From Patescibacteria group bacterium (GTDB lineage: Bacteria; Patescibacteriota; Gracilibacteria; JAHISY01), in assembly GCA_043797545.1 (NCBI GenBank), contig JAZDPN010000073.1:1-57523 (forward strand): a DNA stretch of 57,523 bases. The letters are read 5' to 3'. The notes below the pieces were generated by a model. The model was not told where the DNA came from, searched no databases, and saw only the letters and a list, made by a program, of their open reading frames with translations. Shown here in pieces: positions 1-7,403 of the stretch (positions are counted from its first letter, which is position 1; every line of letters begins with the position of its first letter). Both the position numbers and the translations under genes were made by a program.

Positions 1-2
1 CA

Positions 3-263
3 AAATCGGGATTCCAATTTTTCGCGACGACGCTCTCGATCTCGCCGCACAAAAACGCCAACTGGTTGAACGAGATTGGTCGCGAATTGTCAAGCAGGCA
101 CGGTGTGAAATTTTTGGAAGCCGATTGGAAAAAATGCGATGGTTTCAAAAAATCACTCGGGCTCTCGAAAGATGCCAAGCTCGTCCGCCAAAATTACTGC
201 GGCTGTGTCTACTCACAACGTGCCAGTAGACAACTAGTAGACACGAGTAGACAAAATGACTAG
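3..263 (+). CDS. queH: epoxyqueuosine reductase QueH (DUF208), 3' fragment entering from the left edge
   Basis: Frame 3 is open from the window edge. The translation ...TTLSISPHKNANWLNEIG...LVRQNYCGCVYSQ ends in the QueH-type YCGC motif. The last 14 codons (RASRQLVDTSRQND) are encoded by the GTAGACA repeat module. Confidence 0.6.
   Translation, partial: KSGFQFFATTLSISPHKNANWLNEIGRELSSRHGVKFLEADWKKCDGFKKSLGLSKDAKLVRQNYCGCVYSQRASRQLVDTSRQND
225..254. repeat. GTAGACA heptamer-array module, copy A (AGTAGACAACTAGTAGACACGAGTAGACAA)
   Basis: Three GTAGACA heptamers spaced 10-11 nt apart. Near-identical to 1436-1465. Forms the C-terminal extension of queH. Confidence 0.9.
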
Positions 264-981
264 ACAACTCCCCCATCGCGCTTCGGAAAAAATGTCCACT
301 CGACAGCCGTTTTTTTGGGGCAAGACGAGTAGACAGGTTGTCGACATTCTCGGTTCCCCGCTCGACAACTTTGAGCAGCTGAATGAGCGCGCTTTGACGC
401 GCAATCGACAGACTCAGACAACTTCGCGCGATCTGCCTTTTAAATTTTGGCCGAAAGACAAAAATTGGAGCCTCGTTCAGCTCGCCGATCAGACTTTTGG
501 CTGGCTGCCGAATCGATATATAGTGAAACAAAAAAGCGCTAATTATTGGGAAAAAATTAAATTAGCGCCGAAAAACAAGCTGACTCCCCTGCTTTGCCCG
601 ACTCCAGCTAAATTTGAGAAATTTTTGAATCAGTTTAAAGGCGTTCCCTATCTCTGGGGCGGCACAACGAAGTCTGGGATAGACTGCTCGTCTTTCGCGC
701 AGAAACTGTTTTTCGAGCTTGGCGGAATTCTCTTACCGCGCAATTCGCGTGAGCAAAAAAAATGCGGGCTATCTGTCCAGTCGACAAAGCTGTGTCCACT
801 CGATTTACTTTTCTTTGTCCACTCGACAACTGGTCGTCACCATGTCGGTGTCTACTGGAATGATGAAGTTGTCCACTTCTGTCTAGACAAGCGTGGTTTG
901 TCTACTGAGTCGCTCGATTCGATGCAGAAACGCTATAATCACATCGCTACTCGGCGCATTTTCAAACTTCGAAATGCTTAA
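256..981 (+). CDS. NlpC/P60 family cell-wall peptidase with an SH3-like N-terminal part
   Basis: Contains VPYLWGGTTKSGIDCSSFAQKLF (catalytic Cys) and GRHHVGVYW (His). The start codon is uncertain because the N-terminus runs through repeat-derived sequence (TRQ/STRQ/TSRQ). Confidence 0.7.
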   Translation: MTRQLPHRASEKMSTRQPFFWGKTSRQVVDILGSPLDNFEQLNERALTRNRQTQTTSRDLPFKFWPKDKNWSLVQLADQTFGWLPNRYIVKQKSANYWEKIKLAPKNKLTPLLCPTPAKFEKFLNQFKGVPYLWGGTTKSGIDCSSFAQKLFFELGGILLPRNSREQKKCGLSVQSTKLCPLDLLFFVHSTTGRHHVGVYWNDEVVHFCLDKRGLSTESLDSMQKRYNHIATRRIFKLRNA

Positions 982-2554
982 GCAAATCAAGGCTGCGAAA
1001 AATATTCACGTCGTCGGAGTGAGCGGCACCGAGGGTGCGGCTGTGGCCCTTTTTTTGACAAAACTCGGACTCAAATATACGGCTCATGACTTCAGTGAAG
1101 AAGCTAAATTTCAGAAAAATTTTCTAGCGAGTCATCTCGGTTATTCGCCTGCAGAAAGAGAAAAAACACTTAAAGTGATTTTCAAAAATAGCTCTCTTAA
1201 CTTCAAGGAGAATTATCTCAAAGAGATTGAAAGTGCCGATCTGGTTTTCGTCTCCCAAAACTGGGAAGCCTACTCACCTAATCAAAAGTTGCGGAAAATT
1301 TTTGCCAAAAACCCGAGGAAATTCATGACGATCACTCAGCTTTATTTTGGAATTTTCCCGGGAAAGATTTTGGCTGTGACCGGAACGAACGGTAAATCGA
1401 CAACCACTAAGCTGATCGCTGAAATTATGTTCGCCAGTAGACAACCAGTAGACACGAGTAGACAATTAGCAGCGAAGTCCGCCGAAGCCTTGGTGAAGGC
1501 GGAACAACGGGTAGACAGTCGTGTTTATTTTACCGGCAATGACCGTCGTAATATCCAAATTCTCGACCAATTCGACAAATGGAAAAAGTCGGATTGGCTC
1601 GTGATCGAGGTATCCAACCGCCAGCTAAAATTTCCGCTTGGTCGCGCACCAGAAATCGGAGTGATTACGAATGTCACCCCGAATCATGTTGATGAATATA
1701 TAGATGGTTTTTCGGCTTACAAAAAGGGAAAATTTGCCTTGGTCGCTGGCCAAAAAAATAATGATATATGTGTGTTGAATTATGACAATATAATCACGCA
1801 CAGCTTTGCGAAAAAGGTAAAATCAAGAGTCGTTTTCTTCTCTGCTAAGAAGAAGTTGTCTACTGGCCTGTCCGCCGTAGCCTCCGCGAAGGCGGGTGTC
1901 TACATCGATGCTGGTTGGATAGTAGACAAAAACCAATCTGTCGACTCGCCAGCTAAAGTTTGCCTGCGCGCCGAAGCCAAAGTGGCAAAGGTGTGTCTAC
2001 TCGACAAGGTAAAATTGATCGGGGAACACAACTTTGAGAATGTTTTGGCGGCAGTCGCCGCGACTCGTGCGGCCGGAGTGAGCGCAAAGATAATTTGCCA
2101 AACGATCGAGCAATTTCGCGGCATCCCACAAAGACTGGAAGTTGTTTTCGAGAAAAACGGTGTGAAATTTATCAATGACTCAGCTTCGACAACGCCCGAA
2201 TCAACCATCGCGGCGTTGCAAAGTTTTCCAAAAAAATCGGTCAATTTGATCGCAGGCGGGGAGTCCAAAGGCATGGATTTTGCCAAGTTGGCACGTGAAA
2301 TTCGGACTCAAAAAACGCGAGTTATTCTACTCGAAAGTCCGCTCGCAAAAAGTTTGGCAAACGAATTGCGAAAATTAAAAGTTGGTTTTGAAATTGTGAA
2401 AGATTTGCGCACGGCTGTCGAGCTTTCCGCTCGCAATGCGCAAAAAGGCGACATCGTGCTCTTATCTCCGGCGGGTGCGTGGTTTTGCTATTTCTCAGGA
2501 AAAATCCCGCTCGGCGGCAGGGGATTCGAGCAATTTGCCAAAGCCCTGGCTTAA
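974..2554 (+). CDS. murD: UDP-N-acetylmuramoylalanine--D-glutamate ligase (Mur ligase family, MurD-like)
   Basis: N-terminal Rossmann motif VVGVSGTEGAAVALFL, P-loop GTNGKSTTT, and the C-terminal motifs NDSASTTPESTIAAL and GGESKGMDF. The ATG at 974 overlaps the stop of the previous gene. Three in-frame repeat insertions are present. Confidence 0.8.
   Translation: MLKQIKAAKNIHVVGVSGTEGAAVALFLTKLGLKYTAHDFSEEAKFQKNFLASHLGYSPAEREKTLKVIFKNSSLNFKENYLKEIESADLVFVSQNWEAYSPNQKLRKIFAKNPRKFMTITQLYFGIFPGKILAVTGTNGKSTTTKLIAEIMFASRQPVDTSRQLAAKSAEALVKAEQRVDSRVYFTGNDRRNIQILDQFDKWKKSDWLVIEVSNRQLKFPLGRAPEIGVITNVTPNHVDEYIDGFSAYKKGKFALVAGQKNNDICVLNYDNIITHSFAKKVKSRVVFFSAKKKLSTGLSAVASAKAGVYIDAGWIVDKNQSVDSPAKVCLRAEAKVAKVCLLDKVKLIGEHNFENVLAAVAATRAAGVSAKIICQTIEQFRGIPQRLEVVFEKNGVKFINDSASTTPESTIAALQSFPKKSVNLIAGGESKGMDFAKLAREIRTQKTRVILLESPLAKSLANELRKLKVGFEIVKDLRTAVELSARNAQKGDIVLLSPAGAWFCYFSGKIPLGGRGFEQFAKALA
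1436..1518. repeat. Composite repeat copy B: heptamer array + hairpin TCCGCCGAAGCCTTGGTGAAGGCGGA + terminal GTAGACA
   Basis: Positions 1436-1465 match copy A in 29 of 30 nt. The hairpin at 1478-1503 is almost identical to 3498-3523. Translated in frame as SRQPVDTSRQLAAKSAEALVKAEQRVDS. Confidence 0.9.
1857..1903. repeat. Short hairpin element flanked by direct TGTCTAC heptamers (opposite orientation)
   Basis: Layout is TGTCTAC(1857-1863) - CCGCCGTAGCCTCCGCGAAGGCGG - TGTCTAC(1897-1903). Translated inside murD as STGLSAVASAKAGVY. Confidence 0.75.
1921..2001. repeat. 81-bp element with 8-bp terminal inverted repeats AGTAGACA / TGTCTACT and a central hairpin TTTGCC...GGCAAA
   Basis: The inverted termini are at 1921-1928 and 1994-2001. 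The central stem is 1959-1964 / 1984-1989 and contains a GCCGAAGCC core as in the other copies. In frame inside murD. Confidence 0.7.
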
Positions 2555-2707
2555 TTATTTTTCCTCGTCGACCGGCTCATATTTGAGCGGTTTGAGCGAA
2601 GTAATCAGGATCTCGCAACCGCAATTTTCGCATTCGACAACTTCGCCAGCCTCGCTCGGCTCGTGCTCAATTTTGGTCTTACAATCTGGGCAAATAATCG
2701 TTATCAT
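2555..2707 (-). CDS. LysW-like zinc-ribbon amino-group-carrier-type protein (50 aa)
   Basis: The sequence MITIICPDCKTKIEHEPSEAGEVVECENCGCEILITSLKPLKYEPVDEEK has the CPxC...CxxCG ribbon, the GE-V-EC spacing and the acidic tail of LysW/ArgW. The C-terminus is DEEK rather than the canonical EDWGE. Confidence 0.6.
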   Translation of the reverse strand: MITIICPDCKTKIEHEPSEAGEVVECENCGCEILITSLKPLKYEPVDEEK

Positions 2708-2720
2708 TTGCGAGGATTTT

Positions 2721-3761
2721 ATGAATTTAATTTTGAATGTCAACCAAAATTTTGCGAATTTTTTGGACGAGTCGCGGCGCGACATTTGGCGCTACGCGAA
2801 AATTTTGAGCGATTCGAAAATTGTGAATTTTGTCGACCCGCTGCAAAAAGATTTCACGAAAATCGAGCGAATAGGGGATTTTTGGGTGAAACGGGAAGAC
2901 GAGAGCGCAGTCGGCTCACACAAATTTCGTGCACTCGCGTTCCAAATTTCCCAACTTCTAGAAGCGAAAATCGACCGTGCTGTCCTCTCAAGCTCTGGTA
3001 ATGCTGCAATCGCGGCCTCGCAAATCTTGCCAGAAAATACGAATTTGAAGCTCTTTGTGTTTTTGTCGAAGAAGACACCACCCGCCAAGTTGGCCGGGCT
3101 GAAATTTTCGAAAAACCTTGTTCCGATCCTCTCCGAGCGCCCATTGCGGATGGCGAAATATGCCGCGAAACACTTTGATTTAAGAGATTTACGTCCGTCA
3201 GTCGATCCTAACGCTGCTGTTGGTTTTTGCTCGCTCGGCTTCGAGATTTTCGAGCAAAAACCAGCTATTGAGAATATTTTCAGCTTCGCGACGAGCTTCG
3301 CGAGCGTCCGCGGCATCGCCGAGGCGTTTAAGTTTTTAGTCAAAATCGGTGCTCGGCAAAAAATGCCGAAGATTTTCGCGGTCACCTCGAGTGGAAGGCT
3401 GGCTGGCGAGTTGAGCAGGCAACGAGTAGACACGAGTAGACAAGCAAAAGTTGTCCAGTGGACAGAAGTAGACACAAGTGGACAACGAGTAGCGAAGTCC
3501 GCCGAAGCCTCGGCGAAGGCGGAACAGCTGGTAAATATCTCTGATGCAGAAATTTTGGCGACTCGTCAGAAACTGCCCGAGCTGAAAACTTCGAATGAAG
3601 GTTTGGCGAGTCTCGCCGCCGCCACGAAAATCAAACCGCAAGGGGAGACTTTGGTGATTTTGACGGGACGAGCTTGGCCGGACAAAAATGTTGATCTGGA
3701 TAAATTTGAAGAAGCTGACAATTTTGCAGAAGCTGATAAAATGGTCGCTCGTCATGGCTAA
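2721..3761 (+). CDS. PLP-dependent enzyme, fold type II (TrpB/ThrC/cysteine-synthase-like)
   Basis: Contains the lysine motif ESAVGSHKFRA, the SSSGNAAIAAS segment, and a glycine-poor TSSG loop. Carries repeat copy C in frame. The ATG at 2721 lies 13 bp from the divergent lysW-like start. Confidence 0.6.
   Translation: MNLILNVNQNFANFLDESRRDIWRYAKILSDSKIVNFVDPLQKDFTKIERIGDFWVKREDESAVGSHKFRALAFQISQLLEAKIDRAVLSSSGNAAIAASQILPENTNLKLFVFLSKKTPPAKLAGLKFSKNLVPILSERPLRMAKYAAKHFDLRDLRPSVDPNAAVGFCSLGFEIFEQKPAIENIFSFATSFASVRGIAEAFKFLVKIGARQKMPKIFAVTSSGRLAGELSRQRVDTSRQAKVVQWTEVDTSGQRVAKSAEASAKAEQLVNISDAEILATRQKLPELKTSNEGLASLAAATKIKPQGETLVILTGRAWPDKNVDLDKFEEADNFAEADKMVARHG
3425..3527. repeat. Composite repeat copy C (heptamer array, TGTCCAGTGGACA palindrome, hairpin TCCGCCGAAGCCTCGGCGAAGGCGGA)
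   Basis: GTAGACA occurs at 3426, 3436 and 3468, and GTGGACA variants are also present. The hairpin at 3498-3523 differs from 1478-1503 at 2 nt. Translated as SRQRVDTSRQAKVVQWTEVDTSGQRVAKSAEASAKAEQ. Confidence 0.9.
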
Positions 3762-4791
3762 TCTCCCCCGCAAAACGATTCATCTAGTCTCGCCTGACCC
3801 GCGCAAAATCGAGGGGTTGGAGCTGGCGTGGCCGCATTTCAAAATCTTCGTCTCGAAAATGAGTCCAGCGCTGCGCAAGGCCGAAAGAGCTGGCGCTGAA
3901 ATCGTGAATTTGAAGCTGCCAAAAATCAAGACTACGAGCGATTTATTGGTCGAATTAATCGGCCGGAAATTGGTGCGCAAGGGGAACCGGGTTTTGGTTT
4001 TCAAAAACCTGCCGAAAATCGAGCGGCTCGCCGCGAAACACAAATTCGAAATCCTAATGCCCGGATCGAGCTTTTTGAATTTGCTCGAAGACAAAATCAA
4101 CTTCGTGGATTTTTGTCACGAATTCGCGCTGCCGATTTTGCCGACGACGATTCGCGAGCTAAATCTCGTGCGCTTTCTCGAACCGGTCGTGATTCAGACG
4201 CGACGCGGACACGCCGGTGAGTCGACTTTTTTTATCCGCTCGCCCAAAGAGCTGGACAATTTGAAACGCAAAATAGGGGACTGGCCGGTCAAAATCACGC
4301 CGCTCAAAAAACTGCCTACTTTCACGCTCGATTTTTGTGTCACTGCGAACGGGATTTACGCGACGCAGCCGTTTTTCCAAATCACGGGCGATCCGAAATT
4401 GAATCCGCTGCCAGGCGGGACGGGCGGAATTGATTTCGACATCGCGGCGAAATTGTCGGACGCGACGAAAGGACGCATCGGCGCGCTCGTCGAGCTCGTC
4501 GGCGCAGCTTTGGAAAAAATCGGCTACCGCGGAATCGCGGGAATCGATTTCCTCGTCGATGACGCCAGCTCGAAAATTTGGCTGCTCGAGCTCAATCCGC
4601 GGCTGCTGAGCAATCTCGGTTTCGTGACACGGAAACAAGTCGAGGCGGGGGAGATTCCCCTTTTACAAATCCATCTTTTGGAATTTTTGGGTGAGGATTT
4701 ACGGAAATTCGATGCGCCAAAATTGAGCCGCGTGAATTCGGGAAGATTTGAAAATCCGCACCCGGACGCGCGGATGTTGATCGAAATTTAG
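3754..4791 (+). CDS. ATP-grasp family ligase
   Basis: The C-terminal GYRGIAGIDFLVDDASSKIWLLELNPRL is a typical ATP-grasp Mg/ATP motif. The ATG at 3754 overlaps the stop of the PLP gene (ATGGCTAA). Confidence 0.65.
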   Translation: MANLPRKTIHLVSPDPRKIEGLELAWPHFKIFVSKMSPALRKAERAGAEIVNLKLPKIKTTSDLLVELIGRKLVRKGNRVLVFKNLPKIERLAAKHKFEILMPGSSFLNLLEDKINFVDFCHEFALPILPTTIRELNLVRFLEPVVIQTRRGHAGESTFFIRSPKELDNLKRKIGDWPVKITPLKKLPTFTLDFCVTANGIYATQPFFQITGDPKLNPLPGGTGGIDFDIAAKLSDATKGRIGALVELVGAALEKIGYRGIAGIDFLVDDASSKIWLLELNPRLLSNLGFVTRKQVEAGEIPLLQIHLLEFLGEDLRKFDAPKLSRVNSGRFENPHPDARMLIEI

Positions 4792-4799
4792 TTTTTGGA

Positions 4800-5336
4800 A
4801 TGAATGAACTCGACAAAAATCGCAAAATTTTGCACGAGACTTTCGAGTTGGGGATTTTGGTAAAAGGGATCGATGGTATTTTGGAAGTCATCGGCGGGGC
4901 GCTTTTGCTTTTGCTCCAGCCGGCGCAAATCAATTCGCTAATTGTCTGGCTGACGCAACACGAACTCGCGCAAGACTCGCACGATTTGCTCGCAAATTAC
5001 CTCGTGAAATTGGGGAGTAATCTTTCGCTCGACGCGCAAGTTTTTGGCGCGATTTATCTGCTGATTCACGGAGTGATCAAAGTCGCGCTGATTTTGGGTT
5101 TGTGGAAAAAGAAATTAATCGCGTATCCGCTCGCGATTATTTTTCTCGCGCTTTTTATCGTTTATCAAATCTACAGATATGTTCAACAGCCCGCGCTGTG
5201 GCTAGTTATTTTAAGCGTTTTCGACGCCGCGATGATCTTCCTGACTTGGGCTGAGTATCGACAAGTCAAAAAGAAATTGGTGTTTCTAGAACTTGAAGAT
5301 CGACAACAGAATACTGGCTTTTCAACCAGGGTTTGA
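4800..5336 (+). CDS. DUF2127-like integral membrane protein
   Basis: Four predicted TM helices. The overall pattern (LGILVKGIDGILEVIGGALLL ... WKKKLIAYPLAII ... IYRYV) resembles DUF2127. Confidence 0.5.
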   Translation: MNELDKNRKILHETFELGILVKGIDGILEVIGGALLLLLQPAQINSLIVWLTQHELAQDSHDLLANYLVKLGSNLSLDAQVFGAIYLLIHGVIKVALILGLWKKKLIAYPLAIIFLALFIVYQIYRYVQQPALWLVILSVFDAAMIFLTWAEYRQVKKKLVFLELEDRQQNTGFSTRV

Positions 5337-5571
5337 TATGGTAAATTCCGCCCCTTTAATTTTTAAGAGGTGGAAACATCCGGAAAAAAATCATCCTTGC
5401 TCGAAAGGATGCTGCCCAAAAAATTACTTTGGTTGGCGCAAGTAGTGCGAGAAGAAGTCGTGTACGCAATCATTAATTTTCGCGCAAAAAAGTCCAAGCC
5501 TCTTAAGCCTGGATTGCCCGGAGCTTTACATTTGACAGGAATTTCTTCGGTAAAGCCAAAGAAAAAAATAA

Positions 5572-6570
5572 TTACTTCTCGTTAATCGTCTCTTTCACTT
5601 TCACGCCGAAATGTCGGCCAGCGTCCTCGACGAACGCGAGAACCTCGTCGCCTTTTTTCAGTTTCGTGATCGAGATCGGTTTACCGTTCGGCTGAGTCAG
5701 GCGAATTGTTTCGGCATTTTGCATCACGAGCGAAATCGGCTTCGTGCCAACTTTGCCACGGACATGGAGCATCGGCCGTTTTTCGATTTTCGCGCGACCA
5801 ACCGCGAGTGGAAAAGTGTTGCCCTTTTCATCGCAAATCAAAATCTGTTTGCCCGCGCCAACTTCGTTGAGATAGCCGGTTTTGTTGTCTGGGAGACGCA
5901 CATACGCGTGCACCGCGCCGACATTCACGCGAAACGGACGCGGATCGCAATACGGACTTTCGACATTTTCGTTGAAAACGAGAAACATCGCCGAGCTGGA
6001 ATCTCCCGCGAGAATTCCCTGTCCGGGAGTGAGAATCGCGGTCGTGTCGACACACACGCGGTCGGCGACACCGACCGGCTCGGTCGACTCAATCTTCGCG
6101 CGAACGAGCTGCAATTTTTCGTTGTTCGCCTCACGGACGACTTTTCCCGTTGCGACGATCTCGGCGGGTTTCGCGGTTTCGAGGAGGATTCCATCCGCGC
6201 CGACTTCCATCGTCGTGAGCGCGAGTTTCGCTTTTTGCGCGTTCGGGACGGATTGAATGATTTTGGTGGTTTTGGAGATCAAATTCTCGAGCGGAATGAT
6301 CGACCAGTCCTTGTTGCGAATAATCTTCCAAACGCGCTCTCCGGCCGCGACAACGTCATTCTCGACCTCTTTCGCGGTGATCGTGAACTCGCGGACATCT
6401 TTGCCAATTTTCAAATCCCCGTCTTCGGCGACGATCTGGATCAGCCCCAATTCTTTCGCTTTCTTCGCAAAACCTTTCGGCAAAACAAGCGCGTCGGCTC
6501 CGGACTCGATCGCGGTCGTGACCAAATTTTTGTTCCATTTCGGGATGGAAACCCAAAAAAGTTTTTTCAT
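5572..6570 (-). CDS. 3-dehydroquinate synthase II (archaeal-type DHQS, AroB-prime)-like
   Basis: N-terminus KKLFWVSIPKWNKNLVTTAIESGADALVL, later VHAYV and ETIRL segments, and a length of about 330 aa fit my recollection of the PF01959 family. Assigned from memory only. Confidence 0.5.
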   Translation of the reverse strand: MKKLFWVSIPKWNKNLVTTAIESGADALVLPKGFAKKAKELGLIQIVAEDGDLKIGKDVREFTITAKEVENDVVAAGERVWKIIRNKDWSIIPLENLISKTTKIIQSVPNAQKAKLALTTMEVGADGILLETAKPAEIVATGKVVREANNEKLQLVRAKIESTEPVGVADRVCVDTTAILTPGQGILAGDSSSAMFLVFNENVESPYCDPRPFRVNVGAVHAYVRLPDNKTGYLNEVGAGKQILICDEKGNTFPLAVGRAKIEKRPMLHVRGKVGTKPISLVMQNAETIRLTQPNGKPISITKLKKGDEVLAFVEDAGRHFGVKVKETINEK

Positions 6571-6638
6571 AAATGAATTAGGACTCGGAAATTTTAGCAT
6601 CTCTTGAATTTGAGGGGGAGTGCGCTAAACTCGTCGGG

Positions 6639-7208
6639 ATGCAAATTTCTTACTTTGGCCAGCTCGGCTTTCTTTTGAAAGGATCGGACGCCTCGGTCGC
6701 TCTGGCTCTGCCTGCCGACAAAATCGGGGAAGCCGAAATCGTGATCACCGCGACCGAAGATGAGGTCATCAAGGCTAGCAGCAAACAAACTGTTTTCGAT
6801 TGGCCGGGAGAATACGAATCCAAGGGCGTGAGCGTGGCTCTGATTCCTGTCGGCAAAGACAAACCTTCCCGTATCGCCAAAGTTATCATTGACGGAATCG
6901 CGCTAGTCCATCTCGACGGAGTGAGCGAACCGCTAACCGAAAAGGAAGAAGAAAAGATCGGGAATGTTGATTTGCTTTTAATTTCGATTGGCAAAAATGC
7001 CACTCTCGACGCCAAGCAAATTAAAAATACCATCGAAGCGCTTGAGCCGAAAATCGTAATTCCGATGAATTTCGCGGACGGCGAGGAAAAAGAATTCGCG
7101 AAACAGCTCGGTTTCGGCGAGGCCGAAGCGGAAAACGATTTGAAATTGAAAGCGAGCAGTCTGCCGTCTGACCGGATGGAGCTCAAAATTTTGAGGTCGA
7201 GGAAATAG
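6639..7208 (+). CDS. UPF0173/MBL-fold hydrolase-like protein lacking the HxHxDH metal motif
   Basis: MQISYFGQLGFLLKG..., PGEYESKGV, VDLLLISIG and PKIVIPMNF align with the family pattern. The position of the His motif reads EIVITATEDE. Confidence 0.45.
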   Translation: MQISYFGQLGFLLKGSDASVALALPADKIGEAEIVITATEDEVIKASSKQTVFDWPGEYESKGVSVALIPVGKDKPSRIAKVIIDGIALVHLDGVSEPLTEKEEEKIGNVDLLLISIGKNATLDAKQIKNTIEALEPKIVIPMNFADGEEKEFAKQLGFGEAEAENDLKLKASSLPSDRMELKILRSRK

Positions 7209-7296
7209 GGAGTGGGTGAAGATTTTTAACCTACTCTAAAATTCACAAGTGTTTTTGCGTTGCACATTACACATTGATAATTAATAATTGATTCAC

Positions 7297-7371
7297 GGCC
7301 CCGTAGTTCAATGGATAGAACAATTCCGTCCTAAGGAAGAAATGTAGGTTCGATTCCTGCCGGGGCCACCA
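7297..7371 (+). tRNA. tRNA-Arg (anticodon CCT), CCA encoded
   Basis: Hand-folded cloverleaf: acceptor GGCCCCG/CGGGGCC, D stem GTTC/GAAC, anticodon loop GTCCTAA, T arm GTAGG-TTCGATT-CCTGC. Confidence 0.85.
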
Positions 7372-7378
7372 AAATGTT

Positions 7379-7403
7379 CTCCGCTGCAAGCGGAGGTTAT
7401 TTT
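7379..7403 (+). terminator. Intrinsic terminator after tRNA-Arg
   Basis: Stem CTCCGC/GCGGAG with loop TGCAA, followed by GTTATTTT. Confidence 0.6.

Noticed and set aside
5337-5571. The 71-aa ORF 5370-5585 lies in the gap between convergent genes.
   Set aside because: It has a GTG start, lysine-rich low-complexity sequence, and an overlap with the end of the DHQS-II gene. More likely this is non-coding 3' UTR/terminator space with hairpins (CATCCTT...AAGGATG).
5611-6576. Long antisense ORFs opposite well-supported genes. Examples: 5611-6576, 8014-9009, 2792-3475, 14614-15270, 16195-17256, 33684-34769, 41949-42557, 45563-46306, 43334-44080.
   Set aside because: Each lies fully inside a gene with clear family motifs on the other strand. 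Their translations are Arg/Phe/Ser-rich low-complexity strings without motifs. They are shadow ORFs.
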